Positions 51,444 through 59,491 of a DNA stretch of 64,000 nucleotides are shown here, piece by piece. Numbering within the stretch: position 1 is the stretch's first letter; every line of letters begins with the position of its first letter. The notes beneath the pieces were generated by a model. The model was not told the origin of the DNA and searched no databases. It saw only the letters and a program-made list of their open reading frames with translations. Source of the stretch: an uncultured delta proteobacterium (GTDB lineage: Bacteria > Myxococcota > Myxococcia > Myxococcales > Anaeromyxobacteraceae); NCBI GenBank assembly GCA_963828255.1, contig CAWHDZ010000018.1, positions 32,001 through 96,000 of the forward strand, read 5' to 3'. The position numbers were made by a program, and so were the translations under genes.

Positions 51444-52649
51444 TCACCCCTCGCTGGTCATGATGAACAAGGGCGTCATCTCGAAGCTCTTGTAGTGCGG
51501 CCGGTACCGGTCGGCGTTGTAGAACCGGTCGACGTTCACGACCTTCTTGGTGCTCGTCACGATGTCGAGCGGGATGTTGTCGTACCGGCCGTTCTTCAGC
51601 ACCACCAGGCGGCCGTGGATTCCGGCGAGCAGCAGGTCGAGCGCGAGGTTGCCGTAGGCCATCGGCACGATGGAGTCGACCGCGTCCGGATCGCCGCCGC
51701 GCACCAGGTAGCCCAGCTTCTGGTTGATGATGTGAACTTCCTTGCCCTTGTTGTGCTGCGCGGTGCGCTTCTGGATCTCGGCCGAGACCAGGTCCCCGAT
51801 GCCGCCGAGCTTGGCGTGGCCGAAGGCGTCGGTGGTGCTGCTCTGGAACACCATCTCGCCGCCCTCGTACATCGAGCCCTCCGAGACCAGGCAGATGGCG
51901 TACTTGCTGGGATTTCGGGCGCGGTCGTACATCAGCAGCTCGGCGAGCCGGTCCATGTCGAACTTGTACTCGGGGATCACGCAGCGGTTCGCGGCGCCCG
52001 CCATCGTGGGCAGCATCGCCGTGAAGCCCGCGTAGCGGCCGAACACCTCCAGCACGAGCAACCGCTCGTGGGATCCCGCCGACGTGCGCAGCCGGTTGGC
52101 CATCTCGATGGTGCGCGTGACGCAGGTGCTGAACCCGATGCAGTAGTCGGTCCCGGGAACGTCGTTGTCCATCGTCTTCGGGATCGCGATGACCTTGACG
52201 CCCTCCTTGTACAGGCGCACGCCGTAGCTGAGCGTGTCGTCGCCGCCGATCGGGATGAGGTAGTCGACACCGAGCCAGTCGAGGTTCTTGAGGACCTCCG
52301 GCGTCAGGTCGTTCGTCTTCCCCCTGTACCGATCCTTCAGGTGCTCGGGCACCCCATCGGCCTTCACCGCGCTGGGGCGGGTTCGCGACGTGTGCAGGAA
52401 CGTGCCGCCCGTGCGCCCGGCCCGGTTGACGATCTCCTCGGTCAGGTTCTGGAAGTTGTCGCTGTTGTCGTGATCGTGCTCGCGCACGATGTCGATCGCG
52501 CCCGCCCAGCCGCGTCTCAGCCCGATGACCTCCCAGCCCTCCCGCAACGCCCGGATCGTCACGGCGCGGATGGCCGGATTCAGGCCGGGCACGTCGCCGC
52601 CCCCGGTCAGGATGGCGATCCGCTTCTTGCCGGTGTTCACGTTGGCCAT
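51444..52649 (-). CDS. pfkA: 6-phosphofructokinase, probably PPi-dependent (group III)
   Basis: TGGGDVPGLN, GGDDT (Asp), PKTMDND (Lys), EVFGRYAG, LGYLVRGG. Confidence 0.92.
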   Translation of the reverse strand: MANVNTGKKRIAILTGGGDVPGLNPAIRAVTIRALREGWEVIGLRRGWAGAIDIVREHDHDNSDNFQNLTEEIVNRAGRTGGTFLHTSRTRPSAVKADGVPEHLKDRYRGKTNDLTPEVLKNLDWLGVDYLIPIGGDDTLSYGVRLYKEGVKVIAIPKTMDNDVPGTDYCIGFSTCVTRTIEMANRLRTSAGSHERLLVLEVFGRYAGFTAMLPTMAGAANRCVIPEYKFDMDRLAELLMYDRARNPSKYAICLVSEGSMYEGGEMVFQSSTTDAFGHAKLGGIGDLVSAEIQKRTAQHNKGKEVHIINQKLGYLVRGGDPDAVDSIVPMAYGNLALDLLLAGIHGRLVVLKNGRYDNIPLDIVTSTKKVVNVDRFYNADRYRPHYKSFEMTPLFIMTSEG

Positions 52650-52657
52650 GATGGGTT

Positions 52658-52790
52658 CCTCCCGTCGGACCGGTCCAGCTTACTCCCAATGGCCCGACGG
52701 GGAGGGTTTCCGGCTCATCCTCGGCCCGTTCCTCCCTGGCGTCGGGGCGGTACGAGTTGACCATTCGTGAACCGACGCTCCCGAAGGGCA
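52658..52790 (-). promoter_or_regulatory. Candidate attenuator/riboswitch-like leader of pfk
   Basis: Four mutually complementary segments (1:2, 2:3, 3:4), the last containing the SD GGGAGG. Confidence 0.45.
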
Positions 52791-52930
52791 AGCAGCCGCC
52801 CCGGTCGGAATCTGCTCGGCGCGAGGGCGCGGGTGATCGGCTCGAAAGAGCGGGGTCGGATGCAAATTGGCCACGCAATGGCCAGGCGGCGTGGGCGCAG
52901 ATGGTTCTCCCCGGCCTGACGGAGGAAGGG

Positions 52931-53054
52931 ACTCGAAGGACGCGAACGTGATTCCGGAGACGGTTCGACGGACCTCGCCGCACACCTCGATGATGTCCTC
53001 GGCGAAGAGGCGCCAGTCCTGCGTGACGAGGTCCACCTTCCGGCCCAGGAGGTC
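52931..53054 (-). pseudogene. Fused remnant of MntA (nucleotidyltransferase antitoxin) C-terminus and HepT/DUF86 toxin N-terminus
   Basis: DLLGRKVDLV runs directly into TQDWRLFAEDIIEVCGEVRRTVSGITFASFE. Confidence 0.65.
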
Positions 53055-53084
53055 AGGCACCGTGGACGGGAAGCGTGCCGGCAT

Positions 53085-53588
53085 TCATCCCTCCCCAGAC
53101 GAGAAGCTGCCAGCGCCCGCCAGCACGAGGAACTGATCCTGCTGTCCGGGCGCGAAGAGGTACGCCGTCGCCGAGAGTTGCCAGAAGGAGACCCCGATCA
53201 GAGGGCCGCCCTGCACCTCGGTCGAGGCCTGGAAGGCCCGGGGCCGCTGCAACACCACTCCGACACGGAGCCATTCGGGCCCCGTGACGCTGAACTCGGT
53301 CCAGTCGTAGAAGAAGCCCTGGGACGAATCGGCCAGGTCGAACACGTACGCGCTCTGGGACCAGAGCGCGAGCGGGCCCCACTCGAGCGTGAAGGAAAGG
53401 TTCCAGCCGATCCAGGCCGATCCGGCATTGCGCGCCTCGTAGTCGTATCGCGCTCCCAGGTGAAGGGATCCACGGTCCACCGTCAGGGTCGGTTGCAGGT
53501 AGTCCCTCTCGTCGCGGAGGACGTACCACAGGACGGAGGGACCCCATTCCCAAGCAGGCGCGTCCGCCGAGTTCGCAAGACCCGTCAT
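53085..53588 (-). pseudogene. Probably truncated/internally deleted outer-membrane beta-barrel protein
   Basis: Aromatic amphipathic strands (YLQPTLTVDRG.LHL.ARY.YE; FFYDWTE); no signal peptide; short. Confidence 0.5.
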
Positions 53589-53620
53589 GCTGTCACGACG
53601 GCGAGCAGGACGTTCACACG

Positions 53621-53895
53621 ATGCTCGTCGCCGCCCTGACCTGCAACCTGGCCTGGGGCCTCGTCGATGGCGTCATGTACGTCCTCACCTCGGTCGCCGA
53701 ACGGGCGCGCCGGGTGGCCGTCTTGCTGGGGATCCGCGCCGCCGATCCAGTGGCGTGCTGGTGGTGCTCGCCACCCTCCCCCCGACCATTCCGTTCATGC
53801 TCGTCGCCGATGCCCAGCGTGCGCTCCGGATCTCCAACGGGGTGGCCGTGGCCAGCCTCTTCCTCGCGGGCTTCTGGCTGGGACGGGCCACCCGG
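53621..53895 (+). pseudogene. VIT1/CCC1-like membrane protein remnant
   Basis: CNLAWGLVDGVMY segment joined out of frame near 53750 to LVVLATLPPTIPF...ALRISNGVA; middle and C-terminus missing. Confidence 0.65.
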
Positions 53896-55224
53896 TCACC
53901 AGTCGAAGAAGTAGGCGAGCCCCATCCCGACCTCGTACTTGTAGAACTGGGCCGCCGCCGCCTGCGTGAGCGTGGCCTGGTACCACGCGGAGATCGACAG
54001 GGATTTCTGACGGTCGACGAAGAAGCCCGCCATGCCCTTCATGAGGGGGATGAAGGTCCCGGTGGCGAAGTTCCATCCCAGCCGCGTGTCGAGCGCGACG
54101 AACGACCTGCCGGGGAGGTTGGCCACCAGGATGGGCTCCAGCACGAGCAGGTTCAGCTCCGGGTAGGTCTCGCTTCCGCCCAGGGAGCGAAACCACTGGA
54201 CCTGCGTCGTGATCGAGAACCACCGGGTCAGCGCGATCCCGATCGCGTAGGAGGGCACGAGCGCCCACGGGCCCCCGATGACGGGCGTGGAGGCCGTCTC
54301 GATCTGCAGCCCGAGCGCCAGGAACTGCCGGACGCCCTTGCCGCTCATGAAGTTCCAGGCGAAGGCCGTGGAGACGGCTCCCAGGCCGAACTGGGTCGGT
54401 GCGTCGGCCGCGTAGGGAAAGAGCGCGGTGACGGGGACCTTGAACTGGAGGGCGAACTCGCTCGAACTGCCGAAGACGAACTGCGGATTGAAGAGCATCC
54501 GGCCGGCGTTGCCCTTCCCGCCCAGCGACTGGAAGCTGTCCACCTGGAGGAGCACCTGGCTCCGGGAGAAGGCCACCGAGTCGAGCCCCTGGAGGATCTC
54601 GAGCGCCTCCCGGACCCGGTCCCGGCTCCCCATCTCCTCGACGGTCTCGGCGACCGCCGCTGCCTCGGCGACGACCTGGAAGTCGGTGGCCCTGCACTCC
54701 GGAGAGATGCGCGCCTCGTTGGCCTCGACGCACTCGAGTAGCGGGCCTGCCTGCTGCGGGACGTCGCTGCAGAGCCTCGCGAGGTCCTTCGTGCATGCAC
54801 TGCGGAAGGCCTCCAGCCGTTCGCGCGCCACCCCGATGCGTTCCACCTCCCCCTGGCAGGCGCGGGAGACCTCCAGCTGGTGCCGGCTCAGGCAGGCCAG
54901 CACCCTGCCCCCGCCCGGCTCCACGGCCGCGCAGTACTGGTCCAGGTCGGTCTTGCACGCCTGGAGGAAGTCCCGGACGAACCTCCTCGCAGACACATCG
55001 TCGGCCTCGAGCTTGGCCCGGCAGGCCTCCCCGAGAGCGTCCTGGTTCGCCTTGAGACACTTCCGCACGGCCCCCTTGCCGAGACCGAAGCCGGGGCAGA
55101 GGCGAACGATGTCGTCCATGCAAGGATCCGCGGCCATGGCCGGGGAGGCGAAGGCGGCGAGCAGGAGGACGGCGGCTGCGGCGGCGCGAACTCCGGCGCG
55201 CCCGGGGAATCGAGTCTCCTTCAC
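53896..55224 (-). CDS. Secreted protein: Cys-rich repeats fused to a C-terminal outer-membrane beta-barrel
   Basis: Signal peptide AMA-AD; three C..D....C...G....CL......L/I...C repeats; amphipathic strands ending GLAYFFDW. Confidence 0.75.
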   Translation of the reverse strand: MKETRFPGRAGVRAAAAAVLLLAAFASPAMAADPCMDDIVRLCPGFGLGKGAVRKCLKANQDALGEACRAKLEADDVSARRFVRDFLQACKTDLDQYCAAVEPGGGRVLACLSRHQLEVSRACQGEVERIGVARERLEAFRSACTKDLARLCSDVPQQAGPLLECVEANEARISPECRATDFQVVAEAAAVAETVEEMGSRDRVREALEILQGLDSVAFSRSQVLLQVDSFQSLGGKGNAGRMLFNPQFVFGSSSEFALQFKVPVTALFPYAADAPTQFGLGAVSTAFAWNFMSGKGVRQFLALGLQIETASTPVIGGPWALVPSYAIGIALTRWFSITTQVQWFRSLGGSETYPELNLLVLEPILVANLPGRSFVALDTRLGWNFATGTFIPLMKGMAGFFVDRQKSLSISAWYQATLTQAAAAQFYKYEVGMGLAYFFDW

Positions 55225-56658
55225 CGGTCCTCCTCGAACACCGCCTTCACGGTGCCCTTGCGAACCGCGCGCTCGAGGGCGGCGTGGTCCTTCTCGTTCT
55301 GGTCGGCGTAGGCCATGGAGAAGGCCGCGATGGCCTCGTCGAAGACCTCGCTCTTCCCCATGTAGCCGCTCAGCACCGCGGAAAGCCCGGACCGGGCATG
55401 GGAAAGCGCCAGGGCCTTGCCGCACCAGCTCGCGTAGAGGTCCATCAGGGTCTCGTCGAAGGTCTCCACCCGGACGCTGACCTTGATGTCCCGGAGCTGA
55501 CGCACGAAGAAGTCGCGTTCCGGCCCCGCGTCCAACCGAGGAACATGTCGCTCGCCGGCTGCATGCGCCGATAACCGTCCACCACGCGCTGGCCGTGGTT
55601 CGGAAAGATGGTCTTTCCCGCATAGCGCTCCAGGACGGAAGGCCGTGCCTCCTTGACCTGGAGGAAGAGTGGATCGCCCTCTCCGGCCATGAAGAGCAGC
55701 ACCCAGCAGGCGGTCCCCACGCTGCCGATCCCGACGACCTTGATGGCGGCGTCCCGGAGCTCGTAGCGGTCGAACAGGGATTGATACGCGGAAGGGAGCG
55801 TGGCGCGGTAGCCAGCGATGGCGTCCCGCACGGCCTGCTGGATGTCGCCGGGGGGGTGATCCTTATGGTGGAAGATGGTCGGGAGCTGGTCCCGGATGAG
55901 AGGCATCTCGCCCTTCTGCTCGACGAGCTTCGGGAAGATCTCCTCGGCCCTGCTCTTACCCCGCTCCTTCTCCAGCCGGTCGACGACCCGCCTGTGCACC
56001 ACCGGGTCCTTGATGGTGCGCAGCAGGTCACGCGCCTCCACCGACTCGTACCAGAGCTCGAGGGTCCCGAGCTTGCTGTACCCGGCCATGACCTCGCGGT
56101 AGGTCCGCACGCAGGTGGTGACGACGCCCTTGGCCGCCGCGTCCTTCAGGCCGTTGTCCCGGCACGCCACGACGAAGCTCGCCGCCAGGCGCTTCACGTC
56201 CCATTCCCACGGCGCCGGCAGCGTCTCGTCGAGGTCGTTGATGGAGAAGATGACCCTCCGCTCCGGGGTGGCGAACCCGCCGAAGTTGGAGAGGTGCGCA
56301 TCCCCGCAGCACTGGACGTGGATCCCGGACGCCGGCGTGGAGGCCAGGTCGGCCGCCATCGGGAGGGCCGAACCGCGATAGAACGTGAACGCCGAGCGGA
56401 CCATGCGGCCGTGACGGAGGGGGAGCAGTTCCGGCATCCGGCCCTTCTCCGCCGCCAGCACCATCTCGATGGGGTCCCGCGGCCGGCGGGCGGCTTCCAG
56501 ACGCCGTGCGACTCCCGGGGCAGACCTTCCGCAGGGCCTTGCCCTCGGCATACCGCTCCTCTTGCGACAGGTCCAGGTGCGGTCGCGGCGGACCTTCGAC
56601 ACCGGGACGTCCTGCTTCGTCGGGGCTTCGCGTCGCCGTTCTTCTTCGTCTGCGCCAT
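55221..56658 (-). pseudogene. DUF2252 family kinase-like protein, multiply frameshifted (pseudogene or sequencing error)
   Basis: LRHGRM..SAFTFYRG, CGDAHLSNFG, INDLDE, KVVGIGSVGT, LQVKEA, FVRQLRD, ALSHARSG; 1-nt deletions near 55525 and 56480-56625. Confidence 0.85.
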
Positions 56659-56681
56659 CGGGAGAACTCCCTTCGCCGGAT

Positions 56682-58430
56682 TCAGGCACTTCGTGTGCTG
56701 CGCTGGAATTCGTCGACGACGTCGGCCACCGAGACCCTGCGGTCGATGGGTCCGACGTGCTCCTCCAGCTTCTCCGCGCGCAGGATGTCCCGGACCGCGG
56801 CGCGCGCCTCGACGAGCCGAAGCTTCGCCCCCGTCTCCGTCAGGGCGGACTGCATGGCGTCGAGCATGCGCACCCCGGCGAGGTCGACCATGGGGGAGGA
56901 CGAGAGGTCGAGCACGACCACCCCCGGCGGCTCGGTGCAGGAGCGGATCTTCCCCCAGACGGTGTCCTGGACGTGCTCGGCGTTGAAGTACAGGATGGAG
57001 GCCTCGACGCGGACCACCAGCGCGCCCGGAACCTCCTCGTTGTCGGGGTTGCGCTCCAGGTCGGAGAAGACCCTGGTTCCTGGGATACGCCCGAGGAACG
57101 CGACGTTGGGGCGGGCTGCGCGCCGGATGAGCAGCAGGAGGGAGACCAGGACCGCCACCATCACGCCCTGGAGGATGCCGAGCAGCAACACCGCGGCGAA
57201 TGCGACCATCGACACCACGAACTCGTAGCGGCTCACCCGCCAGACGTGGCGCAGCTCGCGGACGTCGACGAGCCCCTTCACGGCGACCAGCACGATGGCC
57301 GCGAGCACGACGGTGGGCAGGTTGGCGAGCATCCCCGTCAGGAACATCAGACACAGCCCGATGGTCACCGAGGCGAAGACCAGGGCCAGCGGCGTCCGGG
57401 CGCCCGCCTTGTCGTTCACCGAGGACTGCGACAGGCCGCCGGCCACCGGATAGGAGAGGAACAGCGCCGCCGCCAGGTTCGCGGCGCCCAGCCCGAGCAG
57501 TTCCTGGCGCGGATCGACCTCCTCGCGATGCGCCTGCGCCAGCGCCCGGGCCGCGGAGACGCTCTCCACGTAGGCGAGCAGCATGCAGGCGAACGCCAGC
57601 GGGACCACCCCCTCCACGTCCCGAAGCCTCAATGCCGGCAGGTGAAAGCCGGGCAGGCCCTGTGGCAGCGCGCCGACGATCTTGAAGCCGAGGTCTCCCA
57701 GCGAGGTCACCGACAGCAGGACGATGGAGACCGCGACCACGAGCAGGGCGATCGGTCGCCCCGGCAGGAACTTCTCCCCCAGCAGGAGGACGGCGAGCGC
57801 GGCAAGGCCGAATCCCAGCACCGGGAGGCTGGTGTCGGGGAGCTGGGCCCAGAGGATCCCGGTGCGCTCGAAGAAGCTCTCCCCGCCGCCCTTCACGCCG
57901 AAGAGCTTGGGGAGCTGCGTCATCGCGATCGTGAGCGCCGCCCCGGCCTTGAATCCGAGGAGGATGGTCTCGCTGATGAAGTTCACGAGCGAGCTCAGGC
58001 GCAGGAGCCACGCCAGCAGGCACATGGCGGCGATCACCAGGGCGGTCAGCGCCGCGATGTCGGCCCACCGGGCCGGATCGCCCCCCGCCATGCCTGCGAC
58101 CGTGGCGCCGACGAGCATCGAGATCGCGGAGGTGGGACCGATGGCGAGCTGGCGGGACGAACCGAGGAGCGCGTAGGCGAGGCCCCCCGCCAGGTAGCCG
58201 TAGATGCCGTACTGCGGCGGCAACCCGGCCAGCGAGGCGTAGGCGAGCGACACGGGGATGCCGTAGGCGGCCAGCGTCACGCCGGCGATGGCGTCATTGG
58301 TCAGCCACCGCGGCTGGTACGAAGCAAGCCACCGGGCCGGAGGGAAGACCGCGCGCCAGCCTGCGACGAGCCCCTCGCCCCCGGGTCCCTGCCTCGCCTG
58401 TGCCTCGCCAGGCGCGCGTCCTCGCGCCAT
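56682..58430 (-). CDS. SulP/SLC26 anion transporter with STAS domain
   Basis: DAIAGVT, AYASLAGLPPQYG.Y, GSSRQL.IGP, GGLSQS; STAS (LYFNAE, VLDLSS..MVD). Confidence 0.95.
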   Translation of the reverse strand: MARGRAPGEAQARQGPGGEGLVAGWRAVFPPARWLASYQPRWLTNDAIAGVTLAAYGIPVSLAYASLAGLPPQYGIYGYLAGGLAYALLGSSRQLAIGPTSAISMLVGATVAGMAGGDPARWADIAALTALVIAAMCLLAWLLRLSSLVNFISETILLGFKAGAALTIAMTQLPKLFGVKGGGESFFERTGILWAQLPDTSLPVLGFGLAALAVLLLGEKFLPGRPIALLVVAVSIVLLSVTSLGDLGFKIVGALPQGLPGFHLPALRLRDVEGVVPLAFACMLLAYVESVSAARALAQAHREEVDPRQELLGLGAANLAAALFLSYPVAGGLSQSSVNDKAGARTPLALVFASVTIGLCLMFLTGMLANLPTVVLAAIVLVAVKGLVDVRELRHVWRVSRYEFVVSMVAFAAVLLLGILQGVMVAVLVSLLLLIRRAARPNVAFLGRIPGTRVFSDLERNPDNEEVPGALVVRVEASILYFNAEHVQDTVWGKIRSCTEPPGVVVLDLSSSPMVDLAGVRMLDAMQSALTETGAKLRLVEARAAVRDILRAEKLEEHVGPIDRRVSVADVVDEFQRSTRSA

Positions 58431-58432
58431 CG

Positions 58433-59464
58433 CTAGTTCCAGTAGTACCGGAAGTTCACCCAGGCGAGCGTGGCCGTCGAGGTCTGCTGGGTCTCGAGCG
58501 TGCTCCACTTCCAGTCGATCTCGACGCCCAGGGCCAGGTTCGGACGGCCGGTGTAGTAGAACCCGAAGCCCGCCTCGTTGGCGGTCGGAACCTTGTTGCC
58601 GCCGACCCCGCTGGTGAGCTGGTAGGCCACGTTCACGCCAAGCGGCAGCCACCGCACGAGCGGCAGGAAGTCGAACTCCCCGGCCCCCGCGAAGGTCATG
58701 CCGTTCTGCGCGATGGAGGCGTCCCCGGTCTTGGTCGGCGCGATGAACTGCACGTTCCCGGTGAATCCCAGGTACGGGGTGGGCGCCCAGGACCCCGAGA
58801 GCCCTCCGAGCCAGGTCACCGTGTTGATGGTCTGGAATCCCGAGCCGAGGTCGATGGTGCACTGGGACGGGTTGGCCCTGCAGTTGTTCAGGGCGTCGAC
58901 GAGCCCGTTCACGAGGAGGAGGGAGTAGACCGGCCCGTAGCTCACGTCGAGGGTCGCCGCGAACCGCCAGTTGTCCCCCACGGGGAGGCTGCCCTTCACG
59001 CCCACCGCGCCGGTGATCCGCGCCGAGGTGCCGATCGTGAGCGCCGCGCCGCTGCCGGTGCCGAGATAGGCGGTCGTGTTGAGCAGGGCCCGCGCCGAGA
59101 GGTACTCGAGGATCCGGACGTTCATGAGCATTCCGAGCCCGAGCCCGGTGTAGCCGTACCACTTCTCCCCGATGATGGCGGGTGGCAGGAGCTGGACCTC
59201 CGGGCCGAGGGCATTCCCCGACCCCAGGCCGAAGAACATGGCGAAGGCCGTGTAGGAGAACGGGTCCTCGATGATGTGCGAGGGCATGAAGAGGTGCCCG
59301 TTCAGCTCGCGACCCAGCTTTTCGGCGGGCGCAGGTGCGGTTGCCGTGGTGGCAGAGGGAGCGGCTCGGGTGGGGACGGTTTCCTGCGCCTGGGCCGTCG
59401 GAGCGGAGAACACGAGGGCGACGGCTACCAGGGACATCGAGATCTTCGGGTGGAAAGCGTTCAC
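58433..59464 (-). CDS. Outer membrane beta-barrel protein of unknown function
   Basis: Signal peptide AQA-Q, Gly/aromatic amphipathic strands, C-terminal NFRYYWN. Confidence 0.7.
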   Translation of the reverse strand: MNAFHPKISMSLVAVALVFSAPTAQAQETVPTRAAPSATTATAPAPAEKLGRELNGHLFMPSHIIEDPFSYTAFAMFFGLGSGNALGPEVQLLPPAIIGEKWYGYTGLGLGMLMNVRILEYLSARALLNTTAYLGTGSGAALTIGTSARITGAVGVKGSLPVGDNWRFAATLDVSYGPVYSLLLVNGLVDALNNCRANPSQCTIDLGSGFQTINTVTWLGGLSGSWAPTPYLGFTGNVQFIAPTKTGDASIAQNGMTFAGAGEFDFLPLVRWLPLGVNVAYQLTSGVGGNKVPTANEAGFGFYYTGRPNLALGVEIDWKWSTLETQQTSTATLAWVNFRYYWN

Positions 59465-59491
59465 GGTTTCTCCTGGTGTGGATGGTGTTGA

